64,000 bases of DNA from an uncultured Gammaproteobacteria bacterium (GTDB lineage: Bacteria > Patescibacteriota > Microgenomatia > Levybacterales > GWA1-39-11), in contig CAYRUR010000003.1 in the NCBI GenBank assembly GCA_964427615.1, positions 44,062 to 108,061 of the forward strand, written 5' to 3'. The stretch's first letter is position 1. Each line of letters starts with the position of its first letter. The notes under the pieces were generated by a model that did no database searches, had not been told where the DNA came from, and was given only the letters and a program-made list of their open reading frames with translations. The position numbers and the translations under genes are program-made. Of this stretch, positions 7,314 to 17,794 are shown in pieces.

Positions 7314-10199
7314 ATGGCTGACGAGATTATTGTAAAAGGCGCGAGGGAACATAACCTCAAGAATATAGACCTGGAAATCCCAAAACAAAAATTAGTTGTT
7401 TTTACGGGATTGTCAGGTAGTGGAAAAAGCTCTTTAGCATTTGATACTATTTATGCCGAAGGACAAAGAAGGTATGTAGAGTCTCTTTCCTCATACGCCC
7501 GTCAATTTTTGGGCATCATGAAAAAACCAAATGTTGAGTATATCGAAGGTCTTTCCCCCTCTATCTCCATAGACCAGAAAAGCACGTCTCACAACCCACG
7601 TTCTACCGTAGGCACCGTTACTGAAATTTATGACTATTTACGTCTGTTATTTGCTCGTGTTGGTCATCCTCACTGTCCTAATTGCGGAACAGAAATTGCC
7701 AAAACCACCAAGGAAAAAATTGTAAATGAAATCACGGAAAAATATATTGAGATGACTCCTACCCGGGCTATGGTCTTAGCACCTTTAGTAAAGGGACGAA
7801 AAGGAGAATATCAGGATTTATTTAAAGACCTGCGCAAAAGAGGTTTTCAAAGAGTACGAATTGATGGACAACTATTTAATTTAGATGAAGATTTGGTACT
7901 TATAAAGACTAACAAACATACTATTGATGTAGTAGTAGACAGACTAATACTGGATAAGAATTACGAAAGACAGCGTATTTTGGAAGCAGTAGAACAAGCG
8001 CTAAGTATTGGAAATGGGGAAGTTATTATCTCCAAAGTAGAGGATAAAGGATTTACGTTTCCTGAAAAACCGAGCCAGATGCAAGATGAGCTTTTCTCAG
8101 AACGTTTTGCTTGTCCTAACTGTGGTACTTCAGTTGCCGCTGTAGAGCCCCGCTTATTTTCATTTAATTCTCCTTTTGGTGCCTGTCCATCTTGTAATGG
8201 ATTAGGATTGATTCATACAATAGATGAAGATTTGGTCTTTGCGCCTGAAATTAATATTGCAGAAGGTGGTATTCTGCCATTTTCAGACATTATTTCCAAA
8301 GACACATGGTTTGCCAGAACCGTCAGACAAGCTTTTAAAGAAAATGATATCTCGCTGTACATTCCTCTCAAAGACCTGCCTGAGGAAAAGAAAAAAATTA
8401 TTCTGGATGGTACTGGCAGTAGAGTGTACGAAGTAGCAGGAACCAATCGCTTTGGAGAAAAAACAACTATTTATGAATCATATCCAGGAGTTTTGCAGTT
8501 TTTGCTACAGCGGTATGCGGAAAGTGAGTCAGAACTGATAAAAAGAGAAGTGGAAAAGTACATGATGCCTACCATTTGTCAAAAGTGCGGAGGAGCAAGA
8601 CTGAAAGAAGAAGCTCTGGCAGTAACGGTGGGAGATAAAAACATTGCGCAAGTATCTCAGATGAGCATTGATGCCGTACATCAATTTATGTCAGGACTAG
8701 AACATACGCTGACCCTGAAAGAAAAAGAAATTGCCACAGTCATTTTGCGAGAGATACTGGCTCGACTTACGTTTTTGGTGGATGTAGGACTTTCCTATCT
8801 TTCTTTAGGACGTGAAGCCCAGACCTTATCGGGTGGAGAGGCACAACGTATTCGCCTTGCTTCTCAAATTGGAAGTGGTTTGTCCGGTGTATTGTATGTT
8901 TTGGATGAGCCATCTATTGGATTGCACCCCAGAGATAACACAAAACTAATCCAGACTCTTAAAACTTTGCGAGATATTGGCAACAGCGTATTAGTAGTAG
9001 AACACGATAAAGAGACGATGGAGGAGTCAGATTATATTTTTGATTTTGGGCCAGGTGCAGGTGAGTATGGAGGACAAATTATTGCCAAAGGTACCCCTGA
9101 AGAAATAAAAGAAGATGAGCATTCTATCACAGGACCGTATTTATCAGGGAAAAAAGATATCAATCTTAAGAAAAAAGAATTTTCTACTAAAAATACCTCT
9201 CATTTTTTAACGCTAAAGGGAGTATCAGAACACAACTTAAAGAATGTAGACATATCTATTCCGTTGGGAGCATTTGTATGTGTGACTGGTGTTTCTGGAA
9301 GCGGAAAATCAACACTTATTAATGACGTACTGTATCATGCCATTGCAGGAAAGAAAAACCCATTTCATAGACAAAAGCCAGGTGCGTTTCAAGGTTTGGA
9401 AGGGGATGAGCATATCAAACGTGTTTTTATGATAGACCAGTCTCCTATTGGCAGAACGCCACGCAGCAATCCTGCTACTTACACCGGAGTATTTAACTAT
9501 ATTAGAGAGATGTTTACGAATACACATGAAGCAAGACTCAGAGGATACAAACCAGGGCGTTTTTCTTTCAATGTAAAAGGTGGACGCTGTGAAACATGTG
9601 AAGGAGAAGGACAGCTAAAAATTGAGATGCAATTTTTACCGGATGTGTATATAGAGTGTGAATCATGTCATGGGACTCGTTATACACAGGATACGTTAGA
9701 GATTGAGTTTGAAGGTAAAAATATTGCAGAAGTGTTAAATATGAGTGTTGAGGAAGCATTGCCTTTCTTTTCATTTCATGAAGGGCTTTACAACAAGATT
9801 TTGACACTCAAAGAAGTAGGTCTATCTTACGTAAGGCTCGGACAACCAGCACCCACACTATCTGGTGGTGAAGCACAACGTATCAAATTAGCAACAGAAT
9901 TATCCAAAAAAGGAGCAGGAGGAAGTTTGTATCTGTTGGATGAGCCTACCACAGGACTGCATTTTGCAGATCTGGAAAAATTGATCAAAGTACTAAGACA
10001 GCTTGTTGATAAAGGAAATACAGTATTGGTAATAGAACACAACCTTGACGTAATCAAGAACGCTGATTATATAATAGACTTAGGTCCTGAAGGTGGAGAC
10101 AAAGGAGGAAATCTGGTAGCAGCAGGAACACCTCGCCAAGTAGCACAAGTTGCTGGGTCGTATACTGGTATGTACCTGAAAAAAGAACTCAATGTATGA
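7314..10199 (+). CDS. uvrA: excinuclease ABC subunit A
   Basis: Two ABC domains (GLSGSGKS, GVSGSGKS, LSGGEAQR twice) and CxxC zinc fingers. Confidence 0.98.
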   Translation: MADEIIVKGAREHNLKNIDLEIPKQKLVVFTGLSGSGKSSLAFDTIYAEGQRRYVESLSSYARQFLGIMKKPNVEYIEGLSPSISIDQKSTSHNPRSTVGTVTEIYDYLRLLFARVGHPHCPNCGTEIAKTTKEKIVNEITEKYIEMTPTRAMVLAPLVKGRKGEYQDLFKDLRKRGFQRVRIDGQLFNLDEDLVLIKTNKHTIDVVVDRLILDKNYERQRILEAVEQALSIGNGEVIISKVEDKGFTFPEKPSQMQDELFSERFACPNCGTSVAAVEPRLFSFNSPFGACPSCNGLGLIHTIDEDLVFAPEINIAEGGILPFSDIISKDTWFARTVRQAFKENDISLYIPLKDLPEEKKKIILDGTGSRVYEVAGTNRFGEKTTIYESYPGVLQFLLQRYAESESELIKREVEKYMMPTICQKCGGARLKEEALAVTVGDKNIAQVSQMSIDAVHQFMSGLEHTLTLKEKEIATVILREILARLTFLVDVGLSYLSLGREAQTLSGGEAQRIRLASQIGSGLSGVLYVLDEPSIGLHPRDNTKLIQTLKTLRDIGNSVLVVEHDKETMEESDYIFDFGPGAGEYGGQIIAKGTPEEIKEDEHSITGPYLSGKKDINLKKKEFSTKNTSHFLTLKGVSEHNLKNVDISIPLGAFVCVTGVSGSGKSTLINDVLYHAIAGKKNPFHRQKPGAFQGLEGDEHIKRVFMIDQSPIGRTPRSNPATYTGVFNYIREMFTNTHEARLRGYKPGRFSFNVKGGRCETCEGEGQLKIEMQFLPDVYIECESCHGTRYTQDTLEIEFEGKNIAEVLNMSVEEALPFFSFHEGLYNKILTLKEVGLSYVRLGQPAPTLSGGEAQRIKLATELSKKGAGGSLYLLDEPTTGLHFADLEKLIKVLRQLVDKGNTVLVIEHNLDVIKNADYIIDLGPEGGDKGGNLVAAGTPRQVAQVAGSYTGMYLKKELNV

Positions 10200-12058
10200 A
10201 GAGGATAGTTATTAGTTTTTTTATAGCCGTTTTTTGTTTTGGTATATCCTCGACTTCAACTACTCATGCTACAACTGAATTTGATACCTCTGTTACCAGT
10301 AGCTATCTTGCTCGTCAAGATGGATCCACTATTGTTACTCAAACTATAGAATTAAAAAATAACACAGAATATTACTACACACCTTCCTACACGCTTTCTA
10401 CTGGACTTCAGGATGTTAAAAATATCGCTGTCTATAACGCTGCCGGAGCTATTCCATTTGAAGAAATTGATAACAAAGAAGCAGGCAAATCTATAAAAAT
10501 ACAGTTTCAGGATAGAGTGGTTGGACTTGGCAAAGTAAATTATTTTACCATCACGTTTTCTACCAACAGCATTGCCAAAAAAATGGGAGATGTGTGGGAA
10601 GTAAGTATTCCTGGACTTGATAACCCTGATAGTTTTGCTGCATATCAAATAACGGTCCAAGTCCCTCAAGATTTTGGTAATGTTACTATCATAAAACCAC
10701 AAAAAACAGTTGCTGAAGGGAGCAGGACATTTTCCTTTACTAAAGATGAGATTACAAAGTCTGGTGTGATGCTTATATTTGGAAAAAACCAATATTATCG
10801 TCTCAATCTTGCCTATCACCTATCCAACAAAAATTTATTTCCTATCAAAACAGAGATAGCCCTTCCAGCCTCAACCAATTACCAAGAAGTGTTAATAGAG
10901 TCTATCAAAGAGAAGCCTATGAATACGTATAGAGACGACGATGGTAACTGGCTAGCCCTTTATTCTCTCAATCCTCAGGAAGAAAAGACCATTCATGTTA
11001 CAGCATTTGTCAAAATAGCACCTACGCCTGAGCAACAAGGACTATCTGATGAGCAAAAAAAATTGTATACACAAGAACTCTCCTATTGGGATACGAATGC
11101 AAAAATAAAAGAAGCTGCTAAAAAAATGCATTCAGCAAAAGATGTATATGAGTATGTTACGAAAAGCCTTACGTATAATTACGAACGTTTTTCTGAAAAA
11201 AGTGTGCGTTTAGGTGCAAAAAAAACCATAGAAAGTCCTGAAAATAGTGTGTGCCTGGAATTTACGGATCTTTTTATTAGTGTAGCAAGAGCAGCTGGAA
11301 TTCCTGCCAGAGCTGTGGAAGGATATGCATATACGCAAAATACAAAATTAAGACCTTTATCATTAGTAAAAGATGTGTTGCATGCATGGCCGGAATATTA
11401 TGATGAAGAGAAAAAAACATGGGTCATGGTAGATCCGACATGGGGTAATACAACAGGGGGGATAGATTATTTCTCAACCCTGGACTTTGCCCATATTGCT
11501 TTTATTACTAAAGGCAAAGATAGCACGTATCCAGTGCCAGCAGGAGGATACAAAGTGAGTGATACCTCTCAAGACGTGGTAGTAAACGTTATTACAGCAG
11601 AAGAGTTTGAAAAAAAATCAAAAAGCAGCTTTAGCGTGGATTTTGACTCTCAAGCAATAGCAGGATTTTCTATCAAAGGAATGTTAACGATTAAAAACAC
11701 TGGCTCAACTCCTTTGAAAGATAAATATATTCAAATAGACTCCACGCTCACTCCATCTCACCAAGAATACTATATTACAGACATTCCACCATTTGGTGAA
11801 AAGACGATTTTAGTCTCCTTTGATAAAACACCCTTTTTGACAAACAAAACATATAAGATTACAATTCACTTTGACGGAAAGAGTATTGAAAAATCTATTG
11901 CTGTTTCAATACTTCCTAATCCGTTATGGATTTTAATAGGAGGTGGTATCTTTGCAAGCTGTTTTATCATATCAATCATTGCCTACCGTTCCTGGCGTAT
12001 ATTTATTCAAAGACCAAAACCAAAAAATACTGTACGTCGGAAAAGCAAAAGATCTTAA
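10196..12058 (+). CDS. secreted, C-terminally anchored transglutaminase-like protein
   Basis: Signal peptide; Cys-His-Asp triad (SVCLEF, HAWPEYY, VDPTW); C-terminal TM helix with basic tail; ATGA overlap with uvrA. Confidence 0.88.
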   Translation: MKRIVISFFIAVFCFGISSTSTTHATTEFDTSVTSSYLARQDGSTIVTQTIELKNNTEYYYTPSYTLSTGLQDVKNIAVYNAAGAIPFEEIDNKEAGKSIKIQFQDRVVGLGKVNYFTITFSTNSIAKKMGDVWEVSIPGLDNPDSFAAYQITVQVPQDFGNVTIIKPQKTVAEGSRTFSFTKDEITKSGVMLIFGKNQYYRLNLAYHLSNKNLFPIKTEIALPASTNYQEVLIESIKEKPMNTYRDDDGNWLALYSLNPQEEKTIHVTAFVKIAPTPEQQGLSDEQKKLYTQELSYWDTNAKIKEAAKKMHSAKDVYEYVTKSLTYNYERFSEKSVRLGAKKTIESPENSVCLEFTDLFISVARAAGIPARAVEGYAYTQNTKLRPLSLVKDVLHAWPEYYDEEKKTWVMVDPTWGNTTGGIDYFSTLDFAHIAFITKGKDSTYPVPAGGYKVSDTSQDVVVNVITAEEFEKKSKSSFSVDFDSQAIAGFSIKGMLTIKNTGSTPLKDKYIQIDSTLTPSHQEYYITDIPPFGEKTILVSFDKTPFLTNKTYKITIHFDGKSIEKSIAVSILPNPLWILIGGGIFASCFIISIIAYRSWRIFIQRPKPKNTVRRKSKRS

Positions 12059-13253
12059 AAAAAGAGTTTCCTCATACTTTAATAAGGGGAGGGCTCTTGA
12101 TGCCAAAACGATCAACTTGGTTGAAAAGATAGCCTCTATTTCCTATGTACCCGTAGCTTCGGAAATTGAAGCCTTTTTACTGGAAGCAGAGTACATCAAA
12201 GAATATCGGCCGTTTTATAACATAAAAATGGCTGATGACAAATCATTTCCCTATTTGGCCATAAGTAAAGGAGAGAATCCCCATATCACTATCACCCGCA
12301 AACGCAATCTAGAACAAGCGGATTATTTTGGTCCTTATCCTAATGTTACTGATTTAAAACTTGTCTTAAAACTCTTGAGAAAAATCTTTCCTTTTCAAAC
12401 AGTAAAGAATCATCCTAAAAAAGAATGCCTATATTATCACCTCAAACAATGTCCTTGTATTGCTGTGCATCCAGAACTGACAGATGAGTATACAAAAAAC
12501 CTGCGAAATATAAAGCTGTTTTTAAAAGGAAAAAAAGAAGCCATTATCAAAGACCTGGAAAAAGAGAGAGATACCTATGTAAAACAAGAAGCTTTTGAAA
12601 AAGCGCAGGAAATACAGAGAAAAATTGAGAAAATACTGTTGGTTAGCAGTGAACATTACAGCCCTTTTCGGTATCAAGAACGGCCTGATTTGTACTACGA
12701 AAGATTGCAAAAAGAGGTTGAATCATTAAAGTCCATTTTACAATCCCATCACCTGGACATAAAAAAACTGGAGAGAATAGAGTGTTATGATATTTCAAAT
12801 ATCCAAGGAAAAGAAGCAACGGGGTCTATGGTGGTACTTATAAATGGCGAAACAGCAAATAAAGAGTATCGCCGATTTAAAATCAAGTCAAAAAATACTC
12901 CAGATGATTTTCATATGATGAAAGAAGTAATAACACGCAGGATCAAAAACACGCAATGGCCGTATCCTGATTTATTTGTCATAGATGGAGGAAAAGGACA
13001 AGTAGGGAGTGTATTGCCAATCTTGAGACGCAACGGTATTCTCATTCCAGTTATTGGTCTTGCTAAAAGAGAGGAAATTATTGTTATTCCTCAAGAAATG
13101 CAGGAACATGAATTTGTGTATGAGGAAGTAAAATTACCAAAAGACACACCTGGTATCAATCTCCTGCGTAAAATAAGAGATGAGGCTCATCGTTTTGCTT
13201 TGACGTATCACCGGAATTTACGTAAAAAAAGACTATTGTCTTTGCTTGGGTAA
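11943..13253 (+). CDS. uvrC: excinuclease ABC subunit C (short form without C-terminal HhH domain)
   Basis: GIY-YIG (PGVYLF...YVGKAKDL), UVR motif, RNase H-like domain (IECYDIS, IDGGKGQ, RDEAHRFA). Start could instead be TTG at 11952. Confidence 0.93.
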   Translation: MVSLQAVLSYQSLPTVPGVYLFKDQNQKILYVGKAKDLKKRVSSYFNKGRALDAKTINLVEKIASISYVPVASEIEAFLLEAEYIKEYRPFYNIKMADDKSFPYLAISKGENPHITITRKRNLEQADYFGPYPNVTDLKLVLKLLRKIFPFQTVKNHPKKECLYYHLKQCPCIAVHPELTDEYTKNLRNIKLFLKGKKEAIIKDLEKERDTYVKQEAFEKAQEIQRKIEKILLVSSEHYSPFRYQERPDLYYERLQKEVESLKSILQSHHLDIKKLERIECYDISNIQGKEATGSMVVLINGETANKEYRRFKIKSKNTPDDFHMMKEVITRRIKNTQWPYPDLFVIDGGKGQVGSVLPILRRNGILIPVIGLAKREEIIVIPQEMQEHEFVYEEVKLPKDTPGINLLRKIRDEAHRFALTYHRNLRKKRLLSLLG

Positions 13254-13317
13254 CTTCAGTATACTACTTCGCTTTGTATACACAAAAAATAGTAATAGCT
13301 GATAGCATCTACTGGTT

Positions 13318-13349
13318 GATTCTGGTCGTACTCCGTTTGCCAGAATGAC
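13318..13349. repeat. half copy of the GTCATTCTGG REP-like element
   Basis: GATTCTGGTCGTACTCCGTTTGCCAGAATGAC closely matches 1119-1150. Confidence 0.65.
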
Positions 13350-13449
13350 AATATGTAAAAGACTTTTGAATTTGATTTTGAACTATACAAAGCTTCGTTA
13401 GGTATTATATATTGTATTTTGTAAGCAAAGGAGTATACAATTTATCTAT

Positions 13450-13851
13450 ATGAAGGATTTGCTCAAGAGTCTTTTTCTTAACTCCTTTGCACTTTATACA
13501 ACTGCTCTTTTGTGGGATGGTTTGCACATATACGGAGGATTATCAGTGATCCTGATTGTAGGCGTACTGCTAACCATCAGCAGAGCTGTTCTTGATCCAT
13601 TACTGCAATTTATAACCTTACCGTTACGAGTGTTAACACTTGGCCTTTCAAATGCTTTGACTTTTGGTCTTATCCTTTTTATACTATCATTCTTGTACAA
13701 AAAGATTGAGGTTACCAGCTTTACTTTTGAGGGGATATCATTATTTGGAGTGAGTATTCAGGGATTTTATGTCTCAATACTTTTGTCTTATATCATAATC
13801 TCTGTTACAATATACGTGATAACCAAAGGAGTTGAGTGGGTATTCAATTAA
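13450..13851 (+). CDS. 4-TM 'phage holin family' (YvlD-like) membrane protein
   Basis: PLLQFITLPLRVLTLGL motif; four hydrophobic helices. Confidence 0.8.
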   Translation: MKDLLKSLFLNSFALYTTALLWDGLHIYGGLSVILIVGVLLTISRAVLDPLLQFITLPLRVLTLGLSNALTFGLILFILSFLYKKIEVTSFTFEGISLFGVSIQGFYVSILLSYIIISVTIYVITKGVEWVFN

Positions 13852-13854
13852 TAT

Positions 13855-14067
13855 ATGAGCATTTTTACTATTATACAGATCGTTATTTCAGTATTATTGA
13901 TTATTTCTGTTGTTTTGCAGCAGAGAGGATCATCTATTGGCGTGGCATTTGGAGGTACAGGAGAAACATATAGAAGTAAAAGAGGAGTAGAAAAGTTACT
14001 TTTTTATGCCACTCTTATTCTTGCTGCACTATTTGCAGGAGTTTCGATTCTCGCGCTTGTTTCCTAA
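13855..14067 (+). CDS. secG: preprotein translocase subunit SecG
   Basis: VVLQQRGSSIGVAFGG...RGVEKLL; two TM helices. Confidence 0.92.
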   Translation: MSIFTIIQIVISVLLIISVVLQQRGSSIGVAFGGTGETYRSKRGVEKLLFYATLILAALFAGVSILALVS

Positions 14068-14088
14068 TCATATTCAGTACTCATACTT

Positions 14089-15438
14089 ATGGCTCAAGTT
14101 AGAAGACGCTACTACATTTGGCTTTTGAGGGCATACATTAAAAAGTGGAAAAAAACTATTTTTACCTCGGTGATTATTGGTATCGGCATTTTTTTTGCAT
14201 TATTTAGTATTTTTAATTTTTACGTTCAACCTCTCATTACGAATAAAGCTCAGAGAATTGGATACGCAGGTGTATTTACTCCTCAAAGTATACCTGAAGA
14301 ACTACTTCGCAATATCAGTTTTGGACTTACAAAAGTTGAGAAAGATGGTAGTATTGCTCCTGCTGCCGCTTCAAAATGGGAGATAAAAGATAAAGGGAAA
14401 AAGTATGTGTTTCACCTTAAAAAGGGACAACGGTTTCATAACGGGAAGGAATTAACCAGTAAAACATTAAATCTTAATTTTAAAGACGTAAAAAGAGAAA
14501 ATATAGACGAGTACACTGTGGCATACACACTCAAAAGTCCGTATGCTCCTTTTTTATCAGCAGTTTCTCAGCCCATTTTAATTGATGGATTCTCAGGATT
14601 AGGGGATTATCAGCTAAAAAAACTTGAGTTAAATGCAGGTTTTGTCAAAACGATGATTTTACAAAGTAGACAAGATACATCCTACAAGAAAACTATTTTG
14701 TTTTATCCCACTCAGAGAGCAGTAAAACTAGCGTTTATGTTAGGAGAAGTTAACCAAATAAATGATGTTAACTCTCTTAAAGTTGACAACACAGATCTTG
14801 CAAGTTGGAAGAATCTAAAACCAGAAAAGAACACTTCTTATGCAGAGCTAGTAACTCTTTTTTATAATAACGCAGACCCCAACCTTTCCAATAAAAAACT
14901 CAGACAAGCACTTAACTATGCGCTTCCCAGTGTATTTGAAGAAGGTGAAAGAGCTTATTCATCTATTCCACCCACCTCTATCTATTTTTCTAAGGCTCCC
15001 AATTACGGTATTTCTGACCAGGAAATTGCCAAAAAGCTGTTGGAAAGTTCTGGAGCAGATCTAAAAGAAGGAGTAACGATAACTACCACAGATGAATACG
15101 TAGAACCGGCAAAAAAAATAAAACAAGCATGGGAGGGAATTGGAGTCAAAACAAACGTTGAGGTAGTGAATGCTTTTCCTTCAAAATTCCAGATTCTTTT
15201 GCAGCCGTTTACGTTACCTAAAGACCCTGATCAATATACTCTCTGGCATTCTGGACAGACCAATAATATTGTGCATTTTAAAAACTTGCGCATTGATAAG
15301 TTGCTTGAAGATGGAAGAGAAAAAGAAGTAAGTCAAAGCGACAGAATTAGTATTTATGCTGATTTCCAAAAATATTTATTAGATGAGGTGCCTGCTTCCT
15401 TTTTATACTTTCCGTACAAATTTACTCTTTCGAGGTAG
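14089..15438 (+). CDS. ABC transporter substrate-binding protein (family 5, OppA/DppA-like)
   Basis: GLTK...PAAASKW, FHNGKELTS, LRQALNYA, YADFQKYL. Confidence 0.85.
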   Translation: MAQVRRRYYIWLLRAYIKKWKKTIFTSVIIGIGIFFALFSIFNFYVQPLITNKAQRIGYAGVFTPQSIPEELLRNISFGLTKVEKDGSIAPAAASKWEIKDKGKKYVFHLKKGQRFHNGKELTSKTLNLNFKDVKRENIDEYTVAYTLKSPYAPFLSAVSQPILIDGFSGLGDYQLKKLELNAGFVKTMILQSRQDTSYKKTILFYPTQRAVKLAFMLGEVNQINDVNSLKVDNTDLASWKNLKPEKNTSYAELVTLFYNNADPNLSNKKLRQALNYALPSVFEEGERAYSSIPPTSIYFSKAPNYGISDQEIAKKLLESSGADLKEGVTITTTDEYVEPAKKIKQAWEGIGVKTNVEVVNAFPSKFQILLQPFTLPKDPDQYTLWHSGQTNNIVHFKNLRIDKLLEDGREKEVSQSDRISIYADFQKYLLDEVPASFLYFPYKFTLSR

Positions 15439-17794
15439 TGTCTTCTGCTGTACTATGTCTGGTAAAAACATAAAAATTATCTAGTTGATAGGTAATGGAA
15501 TAGGTATTGCTCTGGAGTAAATAGTGTAAAAGATCTGCCTCATAAGAGTTGTCTTCAATACTGCTATCCAGTAATATCATCACTTTTGCGACTTGATCCA
15601 GACCTCGAGGGACAACATAAATACCATCTCTATGTGAAAGATGCGCTCCTAAATTGTTAGATACTGCCAGTGGCATAGCAGCTGGAATAGTCTGTAAATA
15701 AGCGTTAATTAGTTCTTTATTAGGACGAGGTTGTGTCCAAATCTCTATAGAAGCATACCTAGCTCCTGGTAAAGGACCATACAACCATGCACTCAAAAAA
15801 GCAAAGAAGAGCAGATAGTAAAATACAAATAAAGGAGTTATAAAATGCCAGCGCAGTGCAAGAATTCTTTGTATACCAAAAACAGTAGCTATATACACAA
15901 ACGGTAGAATAACTGCTGCATAATGATACCAAATATCACGCAGATTACTGTTATTTGATAGCAGATTAATAGTGAGATCTGGAAGAGCAAAGATAAGAAA
16001 TAGAGGTGATAAGAGTGCTAAAAATCCGGTTGAAAGGAGTAAAGTAACTAAGTAGTGGAGACTATCCCAGGTAAGAAGTTTTGAAAACGTAAGGAAAGGA
16101 TTGAGGAAAATGGTGGTAATAATCTGGATAGTATTATCTCCAAAATCGCTGAGGTAAGAGAGCGCAAAATGGTGTGATCCACGTGCTTGAGGAATCAAAA
16201 AACGCATAAGGAGCAGAAAGATGGAAAGAGAAGTAATAGAAATAACGCCACCAAGTTTCTGATACCCTTTGACTATGACATACAGCCCAAAGAAGAAAGC
16301 AATCAAATACACATTTTCTTTCGTAAGCACTGCTAGGAAAAGAAAGAGTAAAAACCATTTGATGCTTCTGATGTACAAAAAGTAGAAAGCAGCAATTAAG
16401 AACGTGGTTGCAAACGTAACAGCATGAAAATCAAAGAGATTTTGTCTTTGTATCAGTGGGTTGAGCAAATAAGAAAGTGAAAGAGCAAGAGCAATATAAT
16501 TATTTTTTATAACTCGCTGTGCCAGTAAGTAAACAAAAATACTACCGAGAGCAATTACTACCGTCTGTAACACCAGAAGCATTCGAGCATCTGGCCAAAT
16601 AAAATAAAAAGGAGCTAACAAAATAAGCAAAAAATCAGCATGGACTGCCAAGCGTGAAATACTTTCTGTAGCATCAGGATTGGTTAGCATAAAAACTTTG
16701 CCGTGCATCGTATTCCATACTGTCTGATCCATGTTTCCCAGGTCAAAACGACCAGTGAAGAAATTATGATATTTTTGGACAGATACATACGTAAAGTAGC
16801 TAATATAGCTAATAACACTGGTAAGTAGTATCAGAAAAGAAGCAGGTATTTTCTTTACAAATGAATGGTTAGGAAATGTTATTTTAGTTAACGAAAAAGT
16901 AACTACCAAAAAGATTACTTCACTGGCAATAAAAGCAATACGCAATATAACAGAAAGCGCGGAAGCCAAAGATAGTGGTAGAAAAGGAGTAAGACCCAAT
17001 GTGAGTACTACTTCACGCACTCCCAAACCCATAGGAGTAACAAAAGAAAGATAACCAATTAGCCAGGAAAAAACAAAAAAGGAGGCAAACTGTACAAAGA
17101 ATACAGGACTGAGCGAAGTAAATGAGGCAGCAACTAAATAATTGCCAATACCAAAAAATATCCAAGCCAGTACAAAAATAAAAAAGATGTGGGTAAATTT
17201 AGCAAAAGAGAGAATGGAAATTCTTTTTTTCTTTAAAAAAGTAAGCATTGCTATGCCTGCAAAAAGTGAGATTATAAAAACTAATAGCAAGAGAATAATA
17301 GGTGAAATAGAAAGACGTTCTTCTACAAAGGCAAGAAGGCTTTGAGCGAAAAAGAAAATGCTTGGGATAGATACAACTGCACTTGAGAAAAGGAGCAAAA
17401 AAGATTCTACAACCAGTCCTTTAATCACTGTTTTCGAAGGGATGTCAAATTCCTTAAAATACTGGACTCTGGCAGCAAATGAAAAGATGTTGCCTGGAAT
17501 GTAGCGCTTTGTCTCTCCCAAAGAAAGGAGATAGTTGCTCTTTGTGTAAGGCACATCATGTCCTAATTTCTGAAGAATTAATTTCCAACAGATGGCTTTT
17601 AAGAGGAAAAAGAGCAGCATAAACCCTAAACCCAGCACAAGGCTAACCATATTTGCATGCAGTAAGTGGGTGCCTATGTCATCCTTTGCTTTATAAATAA
17701 TAGAACCGATAAAGTAAAAAGAAAGAAGAGTAAGTGGAATACCAAAGAAGAATTTAATAATCTTTTTGATATTTGGCTTATTTTTCAGAGGCAT
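15422..17794 (-). CDS. fusion of lysylphosphatidylglycerol-synthase/flippase-like TM domain and DUF2079-like (GT-C type) domain
   Basis: N-terminal KRYIPGN and TPMGLGVRE; C-terminal FDLGNMDQ, HADFLL, FDFHAV, KEN. Confidence 0.75.
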   Translation of the reverse strand: MPLKNKPNIKKIIKFFFGIPLTLLSFYFIGSIIYKAKDDIGTHLLHANMVSLVLGLGFMLLFFLLKAICWKLILQKLGHDVPYTKSNYLLSLGETKRYIPGNIFSFAARVQYFKEFDIPSKTVIKGLVVESFLLLFSSAVVSIPSIFFFAQSLLAFVEERLSISPIILLLLVFIISLFAGIAMLTFLKKKRISILSFAKFTHIFFIFVLAWIFFGIGNYLVAASFTSLSPVFFVQFASFFVFSWLIGYLSFVTPMGLGVREVVLTLGLTPFLPLSLASALSVILRIAFIASEVIFLVVTFSLTKITFPNHSFVKKIPASFLILLTSVISYISYFTYVSVQKYHNFFTGRFDLGNMDQTVWNTMHGKVFMLTNPDATESISRLAVHADFLLILLAPFYFIWPDARMLLVLQTVVIALGSIFVYLLAQRVIKNNYIALALSLSYLLNPLIQRQNLFDFHAVTFATTFLIAAFYFLYIRSIKWFLLFLFLAVLTKENVYLIAFFFGLYVIVKGYQKLGGVISITSLSIFLLLMRFLIPQARGSHHFALSYLSDFGDNTIQIITTIFLNPFLTFSKLLTWDSLHYLVTLLLSTGFLALLSPLFLIFALPDLTINLLSNNSNLRDIWYHYAAVILPFVYIATVFGIQRILALRWHFITPLFVFYYLLFFAFLSAWLYGPLPGARYASIEIWTQPRPNKELINAYLQTIPAAMPLAVSNNLGAHLSHRDGIYVVPRGLDQVAKVMILLDSSIEDNSYEADLLHYLLQSNTYSITYQLDNFYVFTRHSTAEDTTSKE

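Noticed and set aside
13450-13851. 'Phage holin' as evidence of a prophage
   Set aside because: YvlD-like family in a housekeeping context between uvrC and secG; no phage genes nearby.
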